Positions 9,987-19,630 of a stretch of DNA of 64,000 bases are shown here, piece by piece. This stretch comes from Candidatus Helarchaeota archaeon. GTDB taxonomy: Archaea; Asgardarchaeota; Lokiarchaeia; Helarchaeales; RDOG01. A model generated the notes under the pieces. That model searched no databases, was not told the origin of the DNA, and saw only the letters and a program-made list of their open reading frames with translations. The stretch is taken from contig JALGVI010000001.1 in assembly GCA_029838215.1 (NCBI GenBank), positions 1 through 64,000 of the forward strand, read 5' to 3'. A program made the position numbers and the translations under genes. The first letter of the stretch is position 1; every line of letters starts with the position of its first letter.

Positions 9987-11176
9987 TGAGGAGACTTCAA
10001 GCGGGCGATAAAATATCCCGTTGTATCGTGAATATCGGGATAAAATCGCTGATATTTCTCTTTTTCTAAGCCCATTTCTCCTTCAGTCCCAATAAAGATC
10101 GGCTGTTCGTCTAATTTCCAACTAAATTTCTCCTTACAATATTTGATGTTAAGCTCATTTTCTTCGGGTTCCATTGTGCAAGTCGAATAGACGATTACTC
10201 CACTCGGTTTTACGAGCCTTGCTGCTAAATGAAGGAAGAATTTTTGATAATTTGAATGATCCACGATGTTTCTTGTGGTTGTTGTGTCAAAAAGCTTGGG
10301 TCGGATTCCCAATGCCGAGCATGGGGGGTCCACGATCAAGCGATCGACTTTTCGTTCCAAATTTAACTCTTCAAGTTTCTTTTTAATATTCTTGGTCTGG
10401 TATATTTCGACATTTGTAATCCCTAATCGTTCGATATTTTTCTGAAGTTTTCGTGTTCGGGACGGTGAGCGATCTAGCGCGATGATTCGACCTTCATTCT
10501 TCATTAATTGAGCGATATGAGTTGTTTTACCGCCGGGAGCCGCACAAAGATCAACCACAAGTTCTCCCGGCTTTGGTGCTAGGACATAAGAAGCAATCAT
10601 TGCAGGTAACGATTGATTAAACCAATATCCATCAATAAAAAGAGAATGTTCTTTTAAATTAGGAGTTCTATACGGAGATTCTAATACTTTTATTCCGATT
10701 CCCTTCTTTTGTTGAAGCAAGTCTTTTGAGTTCATCAGAGCTATTCCGTATCCGACCAACCTTCCATGAGGATCGACAATTGAAACGGGATCGCCTGCAC
10801 TGATCTTTTCCACGCCAATCACGCCCGGTCCAAAAAGGTCGGCTCCAGTAAACACGGATTCTGCGGCAAATTTGGCGATACGAACCGTTTTTCCCCGATT
10901 TTTGATTTCAAATGGTCCTTCAATTGGAAAATAGAGAGCCTCGGAAAGAGTGGAATGAGATTGAACGTGAATTCCCTCTTTTTTTAAAATGGATTTGACT
11001 TTTTGAGTACTTGTTTTCAAGGTATTTACTCGAATGAAAAAATATTTTGATGGTTTGCTTAAAGCCTGAAGAATCGGGATGACCCGTTTACCATATCGCT
11101 TGTTAAACCTCGTTATCACGTCGGGTGTAAACGAAAAACGTTCTACTAAAACATTTAGCTCTTGTTCTGAAAGCAT
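9983..11176 (-). CDS. RsmB/NOP2-family RNA m5C methyltransferase with PUA domain (NSUN6-like)
   Basis: VFTGADLFGPGV PUA, DLCAAPGGKT, DPPCSALG (motif IV), YSTCT (motif VI); ATG11176 follows the upstream stop. Confidence 0.9.
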   Translation of the reverse strand: MLSEQELNVLVERFSFTPDVITRFNKRYGKRVIPILQALSKPSKYFFIRVNTLKTSTQKVKSILKKEGIHVQSHSTLSEALYFPIEGPFEIKNRGKTVRIAKFAAESVFTGADLFGPGVIGVEKISAGDPVSIVDPHGRLVGYGIALMNSKDLLQQKKGIGIKVLESPYRTPNLKEHSLFIDGYWFNQSLPAMIASYVLAPKPGELVVDLCAAPGGKTTHIAQLMKNEGRIIALDRSPSRTRKLQKNIERLGITNVEIYQTKNIKKKLEELNLERKVDRLIVDPPCSALGIRPKLFDTTTTRNIVDHSNYQKFFLHLAARLVKPSGVIVYSTCTMEPEENELNIKYCKEKFSWKLDEQPIFIGTEGEMGLEKEKYQRFYPDIHDTTGYFIARLKSPH

Positions 11177-11177
11177 T

Positions 11178-12317
11178 TCATTCAAATCGGGCATATAATT
11201 GTTTGGCGATCTTGCCGACAGCTTCGTATGAATGTCGTTTTTGAATTAATTTTCTTGCTTGATTCCCAACCTTTTCCCCATATTTCTTATCTCTCAAGCA
11301 CGTTAATAGAAGATTCACGAGTTCTCTTTTTGAGTGAGCCGTAAATTCATATTCTGAATCAAAAACATTTGTAAGTCTGGGATCGTCAGAAATAACCGCC
11401 GGTTTTGCCATAGCCAGATATTCCAATAATTTGATTGAGATAAAGATTGGTCTTGAAAAAGATGCGTGGCTTTCACTTCGAAGTAGAATATTTACCAAGA
11501 TGTCGCAAATTGAATAGTATTTTGGAATCATTTCATGTGGTATTGCTCCCAGAAAGACAACATTTTCTTCTAATCCCATTTTCTTTACCTGTCTTTCGAG
11601 TTCAGGCTTGAAATATCCATGTCCTCCAATTAAGAATTTCGTGCTGGGGAATTCCTTCAATATCGTTGGTAGCACGTTAATTACTTGATGGATTCCTTGA
11701 TACCAATAGATTCTTCCGAAATATCCGATGATGTGCTCCGCATTAAAACGGTCTCGCAGTTTTTTATCAAAGATAGAAGGACTGAATTTATTCACGTCGA
11801 TACAAATGGGTAAGTGTACTACTTTTTTTTCTTCGACCTCGAAGGTTTCCAGTATGTATTGTCTCCAAGCCTCACTTAAAGTGACTATCGTATCCGTTTT
11901 ATTGATTGCACGTTGATCGTAAGCCTTACTCCTAAGACCGAAAAGACTCATTGGAATCAATGTGGCAATCAAAGGTTTTTTTACGAATCTTCGAAAAGCA
12001 AACACGGTATTTGATTGTCCTCTTAAATGATAAACATTCACATCCATTTTCTTATCTAATAATCCCAAGTACATGGATTGGAGGTGTTTTAAAATTTCAT
12101 ACTTGTAAAAAGGCGGTGGGATGTAAGGCATTTGTATCACGGGAATCTTTCCGATCTTGCGAACGCTGCCTCTTCGCGGCATGTAAAGTATGGTGCCAAT
12201 ATCAGCAGTTGATAGGGCTTCCATGTAGGACTTTAATTGAACTATATCTCCGGATGGAGTATCTAGCCTGCGATTCCATATGTAATACGCTACAAAGCAT
12301 ACGGTCATTACTGCCAC
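11178..12317 (-). CDS. GT4 family glycosyltransferase
   Basis: GYFGRI..YQG, KFLIGGHG, IKLLEYLAMAKPAV. Confidence 0.88.
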   Translation of the reverse strand: MAVMTVCFVAYYIWNRRLDTPSGDIVQLKSYMEALSTADIGTILYMPRRGSVRKIGKIPVIQMPYIPPPFYKYEILKHLQSMYLGLLDKKMDVNVYHLRGQSNTVFAFRRFVKKPLIATLIPMSLFGLRSKAYDQRAINKTDTIVTLSEAWRQYILETFEVEEKKVVHLPICIDVNKFSPSIFDKKLRDRFNAEHIIGYFGRIYWYQGIHQVINVLPTILKEFPSTKFLIGGHGYFKPELERQVKKMGLEENVVFLGAIPHEMIPKYYSICDILVNILLRSESHASFSRPIFISIKLLEYLAMAKPAVISDDPRLTNVFDSEYEFTAHSKRELVNLLLTCLRDKKYGEKVGNQARKLIQKRHSYEAVGKIAKQLYARFE

Positions 12318-12455
12318 GCATCATTTTTTGTTAATTCTTGTATCAAGGATCAAAATTGCCTTGTTTAGAAATTTACAATTGATAAAATATATCTTGTTAT
12401 TTAGGATTCCAGACCAAAATTTATGATTTTTTCATCAAGGACGAAATTAAGTGAT

Positions 12456-12470
12456 GAAAATATTTATATA
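12456..12470 (+). promoter_or_regulatory. BRE/TATA-like promoter of the PadR operon
   Basis: GAAAA-TATTTATATA directly upstream of the repeat array and the PadR gene. Confidence 0.6.
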
Positions 12471-12475
12471 TATTT

Positions 12476-12519
12476 GCTACGTATTCGCTACGTAGCCGTT
12501 ACGTAGTCACTACGTAGCG
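12476..12519. repeat. Four tandem 11-bp repeats with palindromic TACGTA core, putative operator array
   Basis: GCTACGTATTC / GCTACGTAGCC / GTTACGTAGTC / ACTACGTAGCG. Confidence 0.85.
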
Positions 12520-12544
12520 GCAGGTGGCAAAAAGGTGACTTGAA

Positions 12545-13036
12545 ATCGCGAAAATTGATTATTTAGTCTTAGCAAGTTTAAAAAATGGAGTGAAAAACGG
12601 TAAGGAAATAATGTCAGAATTATACACGGAATTCGGATTCATTTGGCAACCAAAAACTTCAATGGTATATCCAGCATTGCGAAAATTGAAAAATCGTGGT
12701 CTAATAAGAGAAAATAAAGAAAAATCTGATGAAATTACAAATGTAGGGACATATTACGAGTTGACGGAAAAAGGTTTACAAGAATTAAAAAAATTTCAAA
12801 GACCCTTTCATCCTCCACTTCCCTTTTTTCAAGGTCGTAAGTTCAAACCTTTATCAACTCCATTTAAAAGATTTCATTTTTGGGAAAAGTTTGTTGATTT
12901 TGAAACGATGATAGAGCATTTAATGACATATAGAGAACATTTAATGAAAGAACTAGAACGTATCGATAAAAAAGTACGAGAATTAAAAGAAAAGAAAGAG
13001 TATCAAGAAGCCCTTCAAGATATTGATATTCAATAG
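12545..13036 (+). CDS. PadR-family winged-helix transcriptional regulator (start uncertain)
   Basis: KIDYLVLASLKNG..NGKEIM, PKTSMVYPALRKL...GLI, YYELTEKG; the frame is open upstream of GTG12590 back to TGA12536. Confidence 0.85.
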   Translation: MAKIDYLVLASLKNGVKNGKEIMSELYTEFGFIWQPKTSMVYPALRKLKNRGLIRENKEKSDEITNVGTYYELTEKGLQELKKFQRPFHPPLPFFQGRKFKPLSTPFKRFHFWEKFVDFETMIEHLMTYREHLMKELERIDKKVRELKEKKEYQEALQDIDIQ

Positions 13037-13047
13037 GTGATCCTTCA

Positions 13048-13572
13048 ATGGACTTGAATAAGGATAGATCAAAAACGCTGTTAAAAAGTGAAGTTTTGAT
13101 AAAAAAAAGTTTTTCATCCGGAATCATTACCGATTTTTATCTTCAATTGGTTCCAAAGCTAATGGAAAAGCATAAAGATGAGCAAAAAGTTGCTGAAATC
13201 TTGAAACTTTTTGGAAGACGACTAATAATAAGATTTCAGGATTATTGGACCCCGGAAAGCAGGGATGTTGAGAGAATATTAAGAGAAACGTACAGGATAA
13301 TCATGAGAAGAAGTATGGGAAGAGTTATTTCAGTGGAAAAAAATCGGAAATGGATATTGGTAGATCCTGGTTGTATCTTGTGTGGAGACGGGACAAAAAC
13401 ATCTAATGGCTTGCATTATTGTGTTCTCATGGCAGGGTTATTTGAAGGGGACATAAATCATTTGAGAGAAAAGGAGGGATTTGAACATCTTCCTAAAATA
13501 AGGGCTAATACTATCGCATCAAGGTCTAATGGAGATAAGGTTTGCAAGCACGAAATCATTATGGTGGAATAG
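13048..13572 (+). CDS. V4R-domain protein
   Basis: CILC...YC..MAGLFEG...C pattern; GGTGA SD at 13036-13040. Confidence 0.7.
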   Translation: MDLNKDRSKTLLKSEVLIKKSFSSGIITDFYLQLVPKLMEKHKDEQKVAEILKLFGRRLIIRFQDYWTPESRDVERILRETYRIIMRRSMGRVISVEKNRKWILVDPGCILCGDGTKTSNGLHYCVLMAGLFEGDINHLREKEGFEHLPKIRANTIASRSNGDKVCKHEIIMVE

Positions 13573-13574
13573 AA

Positions 13575-14198
13575 ATGTTTAGATTTCTGGAACGAGAATT
13601 TAAAGACTTTTTAGGAGACTTAGGAAAAAGATTTGTTAGACGAACCCAGAAAAAAATGAATACATTATTCCTGAGCATCATGATCTTGGAATATACTCGA
13701 TTATCAGTGGAATTTTTGCATGATGGAAATTTGGAAGCCGCTTTAGAAGATTTTCATAATACGGGTAAAAATACTGGGAAAGGGATTATGGACGAGCATT
13801 TGGATGCAGCAAGTTATGTTTTATCAAAATCATTAAGCGAAACTCCTCGAATGGCTAAAATTTTTTGGTATATTGCAATGGGTGAGGATATACCAAGAAA
13901 AAACATTCGTTTCATTCCAAAAGGGACTGAGGGCAATGAGTATGACATACTTACTTGGACGTTCGAGAATTCTTGCATCTTTTGTGCAGCCTCAACAGAA
14001 GAAAAGGACATCGATATCAATAAAGAAAGCATGGGAAATCAGACTTGGGGTGGACAATGTGCAGGGATCTTTGAATCCATAATGCAATCTGTCCAAGACT
14101 ATGTTAGAAATGATTATGAGGTAAAAGTAGAGGAAACAAAATGCATTATGAGAGGCGACTCAGAAAATGAATACAAGATGTATTTCATTCCAAGATAA
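13575..14198 (+). CDS. V4R-domain protein
   Basis: CIFC...CAGIFE...VEETKCIMRGD V4R signature; ATG13575 preferred. Confidence 0.8.
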   Translation: MFRFLEREFKDFLGDLGKRFVRRTQKKMNTLFLSIMILEYTRLSVEFLHDGNLEAALEDFHNTGKNTGKGIMDEHLDAASYVLSKSLSETPRMAKIFWYIAMGEDIPRKNIRFIPKGTEGNEYDILTWTFENSCIFCAASTEEKDIDINKESMGNQTWGGQCAGIFESIMQSVQDYVRNDYEVKVEETKCIMRGDSENEYKMYFIPR

Positions 14199-14236
14199 AT
14201 GAAAAATAATGAATAAGAAGAAATAATCAAAATGAG

Positions 14237-15418
14237 GTGCATGTTATGATTAATACATGGGCTGAAATTCCAAAAGATCTTCCAGGAAGAAATTTTTTAC
14301 CACTAGGTGCTAACCACATCTGGAACATGTATCGAGAAATGGGATATGAAAGAGTAATGGAACTTACTTCCAATCTTTCAACGGATTTTTTGTATGATGC
14401 CTTTAAATTTAGGCTAGATGAATCAATTAAAACTTCAAAAGCATTAATGGAAGGAAGTCTTGAGACAGCACCGGAAAAAACGATGACATACATGTTCTTT
14501 CCTGCCATAACATCAATTTTAACTGATCTTCAGCAAGGATTGATGAAATTGGTATATGGAAATTCAGTTGATGCAGCATATGTCAATGTCAATGATTTCA
14601 CAGGGGAGCTTGCCTATATTTTGAACGTTCATTCAGAAGATGGAATACCAGTAGATTGGTGGATCATAGGACAAGATGATGAAATAATGAATAGACGTCA
14701 CAGAAAGCTTGGATATAAGATCAGAGAGTTGCCGAAAAAAAGTAAGGGCATCGTACAATGTGGCGAGAGGATTAAAGACATTTTAAGGGACATTCGAAAT
14801 GAGCGAGCCCCGCAATGGATAGGGTCTGAGTATTTGATAGCCATGGCATATGGATCTGCCACCATTGAACTTTATGCTGAACAAAGTAATTATGAAAGTT
14901 TCAAATCTATTTGGAGCGGATTAAATTCAAAGAGAATATACGGATTGCCAGATTATTGGTTTACCTATGTTCCGATGCCGTCAATATTGCAACTTTTTTC
15001 CTTATCTGAGCGAGCAGAGTTCATCCGCAAGATGGCGGGTTTAACCACAAAAGGTAAGTTTTACCTTCAACATGTTGAAGCTGAAGGGAAAAGGAACTTA
15101 AAAGAAAATTTTCCTGAACTATTTGAATTGGGAATTGAGAGAGTATTGGAGGAAATGGGAATTCCATTACCTGCAGCAACTTTAGGAGTAAAAGCCCCAA
15201 ATTTGAAAAAAAAGGAGACTTGGAATAAGGAAAAATTTGAGTGGATCTACCCAAGTAAAGCCAGATTTTTCAAAGCTGAGGATGTAGGCATGTCAATTGA
15301 TGAAGCTTGTAGCGGCATATTATTCGATGTTGATGAAAAAACACCAATAGATAAGAAATTATCAAGGTCGGATATAATTTCAACGGGAATTGGAAGAAAT
15401 ACAAAGCTTTGGAAATAA
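14237..15418 (+). CDS. Hypothetical soluble protein, 393 aa
   Basis: Long co-oriented ORF inside the operon; no motif recognised. Confidence 0.75.
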   Translation: MHVMINTWAEIPKDLPGRNFLPLGANHIWNMYREMGYERVMELTSNLSTDFLYDAFKFRLDESIKTSKALMEGSLETAPEKTMTYMFFPAITSILTDLQQGLMKLVYGNSVDAAYVNVNDFTGELAYILNVHSEDGIPVDWWIIGQDDEIMNRRHRKLGYKIRELPKKSKGIVQCGERIKDILRDIRNERAPQWIGSEYLIAMAYGSATIELYAEQSNYESFKSIWSGLNSKRIYGLPDYWFTYVPMPSILQLFSLSERAEFIRKMAGLTTKGKFYLQHVEAEGKRNLKENFPELFELGIERVLEEMGIPLPAATLGVKAPNLKKKETWNKEKFEWIYPSKARFFKAEDVGMSIDEACSGILFDVDEKTPIDKKLSRSDIISTGIGRNTKLWK

Positions 15419-15441
15419 AAGATAATTCTATGGTGAGATAA

Positions 15442-16695
15442 ATGGTTGATATTAGCAATATTAAGAATTTTACGGTCATTGGAGCGGGGTTAATGGGGGG
15501 CTATATAGCCCAACTTGCTTTATTAGCAGGTTTTGAGAAAGTGACAATAAACGACATACAAATTGAATCGATTAAAAAATGCGTGAGCCGAATTGTAAAT
15601 GGAGCATATGATGAAAAGGAAGGTTTAAAAGCAATTGAGTCTGCTGGAAAATTAGAATCGGGATTAACAACAGATATTCTTTTAAAAAGATTGAAAATAG
15701 AAATGGATTTGGCGCAAGCTGTTAAAGATGCAGATTTTGTAATTGAGGCCGTTCCTGAAGATCTGAAACTTAAACAAGAAATTTTTAAAAAATTAGGAAA
15801 TCTTGCCCCCCCACATGCCATCCTTGCGTCAAATTCTTCAACAATAAGCATAACAAAAATAGGCAAGCACTCAGGAAGACCTGAAAAAGTAGTTGGCATG
15901 CATTTTTTTGTACCACTTTTAAGGAATAGATTAGTTGAAGTGATCCGAGGGAAGTATACCTCAGATGAAGTCATGGATACATGTGTCACAATTGCTGAAA
16001 AATTTCCATGTCCTTATTTTAAAGAAAAAATGTATGTTGCCCGAATTGAAAAAGAGAGTCCGGGATTCATCATGAATAGAATTCTTAGTGTTCTTAGTAT
16101 TTACTTAAGTTGGCTTATTGAGCAAGCTCTTGAAAAAGGCATTACATTTGAACAGCTCGATGCTTACGTGTCAATTATTGGAAATGAAATGGGTTGGATC
16201 GCCCTCCTTGATTACAGCGGATTAGATATCATCTATGATGGCTTAAATTACTTGCATGAAGCACTTACTCCTGATATTGAGGCAAGTAAATTTATAGTTG
16301 AGAGGGTTAAATCAGGAAATCTTGGAGCCAAAACTGGAAAAGGATTCTTAGAATGGACCAATGGCAAGATACCAAAAACAGACAAGATCAAAAAAACCGA
16401 TCTTATTTCAATAGAACAGACCGGTCTAATTTCAATAGAGCAGTTAATAGATGCTTTAATGGCAATCATGCTAAATGAGGGGTGCAGATTATTAGAAGAG
16501 AGAGTCATAAGCGGGTATCGCGTGTTTAATAAGGTAATGTCGGCCATGAAATTGCCAAGTGCTTTTAAAATGGCTAAAAGAAATTATGAAAAATGGATTG
16601 TTCTGCTGGAGGAGTTGGCAGAAAAAACGGGCAAGAATTATCTCAAACCTTGTAAGTTAATGAAATCTGGAGAGTTTTTTAACATGAAAAATTAA
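15442..16695 (+). CDS. 3-hydroxyacyl-CoA dehydrogenase family protein
   Basis: VIGAGLMG, DFVIEAVPEDL.LK, LASNSS, GMHFF, PGFIMNR, GAKTGKGF. Confidence 0.92.
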   Translation: MVDISNIKNFTVIGAGLMGGYIAQLALLAGFEKVTINDIQIESIKKCVSRIVNGAYDEKEGLKAIESAGKLESGLTTDILLKRLKIEMDLAQAVKDADFVIEAVPEDLKLKQEIFKKLGNLAPPHAILASNSSTISITKIGKHSGRPEKVVGMHFFVPLLRNRLVEVIRGKYTSDEVMDTCVTIAEKFPCPYFKEKMYVARIEKESPGFIMNRILSVLSIYLSWLIEQALEKGITFEQLDAYVSIIGNEMGWIALLDYSGLDIIYDGLNYLHEALTPDIEASKFIVERVKSGNLGAKTGKGFLEWTNGKIPKTDKIKKTDLISIEQTGLISIEQLIDALMAIMLNEGCRLLEERVISGYRVFNKVMSAMKLPSAFKMAKRNYEKWIVLLEELAEKTGKNYLKPCKLMKSGEFFNMKN

Positions 16696-16708
16696 ATGAG
16701 GTGTTTCT

Positions 16709-17383
16709 ATGGTTAATATTCGTTGGTGTGGACAAAGCTGTTTCGAAATAAAAGGAAATGACGTGACTATTGCTACAGATATCTTCCCTGGATCTATGAT
16801 AGGGATTGCTACGCCCAATATTAGTGCTGATATCATACTTAGCTCTCATGGTCATCCTGATCACTGGAATAAAAGATTAGCACAAAAAATTAGTAAGGAT
16901 GACACAACATCAATCCTAAAGTGGAAGAATGGTGATCATGGGACAATTAAAGGGGTAAAAATCAAAGGGGTAGCAACAAGCCACGATGATAAGGGTGGTT
17001 TGATAAGAGGGGCAAATACGGTTTACGTGTTTGTGGTTGATGGCATCACGATCTGTCATTGCGGAGATTTGGGACACGTTCTAAACGAGAAACAACTAGC
17101 TGAAATTGGCGAGATCGATATTTTACTTATTCCAACAGGAGGAGTGTTTACCCTTGGGCTTAAAGGAGTAGAGAAAGTAATAGAGCAACTTAATCCAAAA
17201 ATTGCTATTCCAATGCATTATTACTTCAAAGGTCTTAGTGTCATGTTTAGGGTATTACACCCCGTAAGTAGATTTCTAAAAAAGGTAAACCAAAAAATAA
17301 ACGAATTAGATTCTTCGGAGGTTGATGTGAGCAAAAATAGCTTACCAAGTTCTACGGAAGTGTTCGTTTTAAAGCCCCCTTAA
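16709..17383 (+). CDS. MBL-fold metallo-hydrolase
   Basis: W.GQSCF, SHGHPDH, HCGDLG, IPMHY. Confidence 0.9.
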   Translation: MVNIRWCGQSCFEIKGNDVTIATDIFPGSMIGIATPNISADIILSSHGHPDHWNKRLAQKISKDDTTSILKWKNGDHGTIKGVKIKGVATSHDDKGGLIRGANTVYVFVVDGITICHCGDLGHVLNEKQLAEIGEIDILLIPTGGVFTLGLKGVEKVIEQLNPKIAIPMHYYFKGLSVMFRVLHPVSRFLKKVNQKINELDSSEVDVSKNSLPSSTEVFVLKPP

Positions 17384-17426
17384 CATTTTTTTATGAACTA
17401 AAATATTAAAAAAAAGGGATGATGAA

Positions 17427-18311
17427 ATGAAGGAATACAAAACTATATTTGATTTATTAGAACAGAAAGAATTGATCATGGTTCCTGGCGCATTTGATGC
17501 ACTTACGGCAAAGATAATAGAAGAGCAGGGTTTTCCAGCTGTTAGCATGTCAGGTTTTGGAACTTCTGTCTCCCAGTTAGGACTTCCAGACAGAGGATTT
17601 GTTACTCTGACAGAAATCGTGCAAACGGCATCTCGAATAGTTGATGCAATTAACATTCCCCTTATTGCAGATGCTGAAACGGGATTTGGCAATGCTCTTA
17701 ATGTCATTAGAACTGTTAAACAATTCGAAAAAGCGGGAGTTGCAGGGATTCACATTGAGGATCAAGTTTGGCCAAAAAGATGTGGACACATGGCGGGGAA
17801 AACCGTAATCGAGATCGATGAAATGGTTTCAAAGATAAAGGCAGCAATTGATGCTCGGAAAAGTCAAGATTTTGTAATTATAGCACGAACAGATGCCTTA
17901 GCTCCACTCGGATTTGACGTTGCAATAGAACGTTGTAAAATATATTTGGATGCTGGAGCAGACATGGTCTTTATTGATGGGCTGAGAAGAATGTCACATA
18001 TCAAGAAAATACCAAAACTCCTTAAAGATAAGCCCAACATCATCAACATGGGACCAAGAACTCCGAATTTATCAGCAGATGAAATAAAAAAGTTAGGCTA
18101 TTCCATAGCTGCTTATCCAGGAGCATGTCTTGTAGCCAAGATTTTATCCTGCAGGGAAGCCCTCAAAGAGCTCAAAGAAACAGGACGCCAAAGAAGTTTT
18201 ATAGACGTTGTTCAATCGTTTCCAAATTTTAACGTGTTTTTGGGAGATGCACTTTATAACGAATTAGAAAAGAAATATGCAGTAAAACAAAATAATTCTA
18301 CCGAGCTTTAG
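17427..18311 (+). CDS. Isocitrate lyase/PEP mutase family C-C lyase (PrpB / 2,3-dimethylmalate lyase-like)
   Basis: PGAFDA, DAETGFG, IEDQ..PKRCGH, IIARTD. Confidence 0.92.
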   Translation: MKEYKTIFDLLEQKELIMVPGAFDALTAKIIEEQGFPAVSMSGFGTSVSQLGLPDRGFVTLTEIVQTASRIVDAINIPLIADAETGFGNALNVIRTVKQFEKAGVAGIHIEDQVWPKRCGHMAGKTVIEIDEMVSKIKAAIDARKSQDFVIIARTDALAPLGFDVAIERCKIYLDAGADMVFIDGLRRMSHIKKIPKLLKDKPNIINMGPRTPNLSADEIKKLGYSIAAYPGACLVAKILSCREALKELKETGRQRSFIDVVQSFPNFNVFLGDALYNELEKKYAVKQNNSTEL

Positions 18312-18348
18312 AACCTTTTAAAGAATAATTCCATGAGGGATTTATGAA

Positions 18349-19617
18349 ATGAGTGGTCAGACAATAGCAGAAAAAATATTAGGAACGCATTCTCCTTCTG
18401 AAAGTGATATTAAACCGGATGATATCATTATCGCTAAAATTGACTTGGTAATGAGCCATATAGGAACTGCAAAGGTTGTTTTTGATTTCAATAAAATAAA
18501 ACCCCCTAAAAAGCGCAAGGTCTTTGATCCAAATAAAATCGTTGTGATTTTTGATCACTTCAGTCCAGCACCAACTGAAAGGTGGGCCTTGGCACACGAT
18601 TTTATACGAAAATTCGTAATAAAGAGAAAAATCAAACATTTCTATGATATTAAGGAAGGAATTTGTCATCAAGTTTTACCAGAAAAGGGACATGTTAGAC
18701 CCGGAATGTTGATTGTCGGCGGTGATAGCCATACTACTACATATGGAGCTTTTAATGCAGCAAGTTGTGGTCTAGGCAATACTGATCTGTTTTACGCATA
18801 TGTAAAAGGAGAACTATGGTTTAGAGTGCCTCACTCGATTAAATTTAACATTTCAGGAAAATTGCAGCACAACGTGATGAGTAAAGATATTATAATCAAA
18901 ATAGCAGGAGATCATTCTGCTAGAGTGGGAATTTACAAATCAATAGAATTTGCAGGAGAAGCAGTGGAAAACTTGAGCATCGCATCAAGAATGACGATGT
19001 CTAATTTTGCTCTTGAATTAGGGGCAAAGTTCGCTTTCGGACCTCCCGATCAAAAAGTCGTGGAGTGGGTCAAGCAAAGAACGGATGCTCCATTTGAACT
19101 AGTCAAACCGGACGACGATGCAGTTTACGATAAAGTGCTCGACATGGATGTTTCCGATTTAGAACCTCAAATTTCTTGTCCGCATACTGTTGATAATGTA
19201 AAAACTGTTTCAGAGGTCGCAGGAATTAAAATCAATCAGGCATTTTTAGGGTCATGTACCAATGCAAGATTCGAGGATTTAGAAATAGCCGCCAGAATTT
19301 TAGATGGAAAACGAATCCACAAGGATGTTCGAATGATAGTTACTCCTGCTTCGCAAGAAGTTTGGCTTAAGGCAGCGAAATCAGGAGTTGCTGAAAAATT
19401 GATCAACGCTGGTGCTATCATTACTAATCCGAGCTGTGGTGCTTGTTTTGGAGGATTCGGAGGAATTCTTGCTCCAGGGGAAAGATGCATATCTAGTTCT
19501 AATAGAAATTTTCAAGGTCGCATGGGAAGTCCGTCATCAGAAGTCTATTTAGGGTCTCCTGCTACTGTCGCAGCTTCAGCTCTAAAAGGAGTAATAACCG
19601 ATCCAAGGGATTACTAA
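18349..19617 (+). CDS. LeuC/HacA/DmdA-type hydratase large subunit
   Basis: DH, GICHQ, GGDSHTTTYG, GSCTN, CGACFG, SNRNF.GRMG, SPATVAASA. Confidence 0.93.
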   Translation: MSGQTIAEKILGTHSPSESDIKPDDIIIAKIDLVMSHIGTAKVVFDFNKIKPPKKRKVFDPNKIVVIFDHFSPAPTERWALAHDFIRKFVIKRKIKHFYDIKEGICHQVLPEKGHVRPGMLIVGGDSHTTTYGAFNAASCGLGNTDLFYAYVKGELWFRVPHSIKFNISGKLQHNVMSKDIIIKIAGDHSARVGIYKSIEFAGEAVENLSIASRMTMSNFALELGAKFAFGPPDQKVVEWVKQRTDAPFELVKPDDDAVYDKVLDMDVSDLEPQISCPHTVDNVKTVSEVAGIKINQAFLGSCTNARFEDLEIAARILDGKRIHKDVRMIVTPASQEVWLKAAKSGVAEKLINAGAIITNPSCGACFGGFGGILAPGERCISSSNRNFQGRMGSPSSEVYLGSPATVAASALKGVITDPRDY

Positions 19618-19630
19618 GAGGTGTTTAAAA

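Noticed and set aside
12536-12538. Selenocysteine recoding of the in-frame UGA before PadR
   Set aside because: Not a redox-Cys position and no SECIS identified; kept only as one alternative in the start-codon finding
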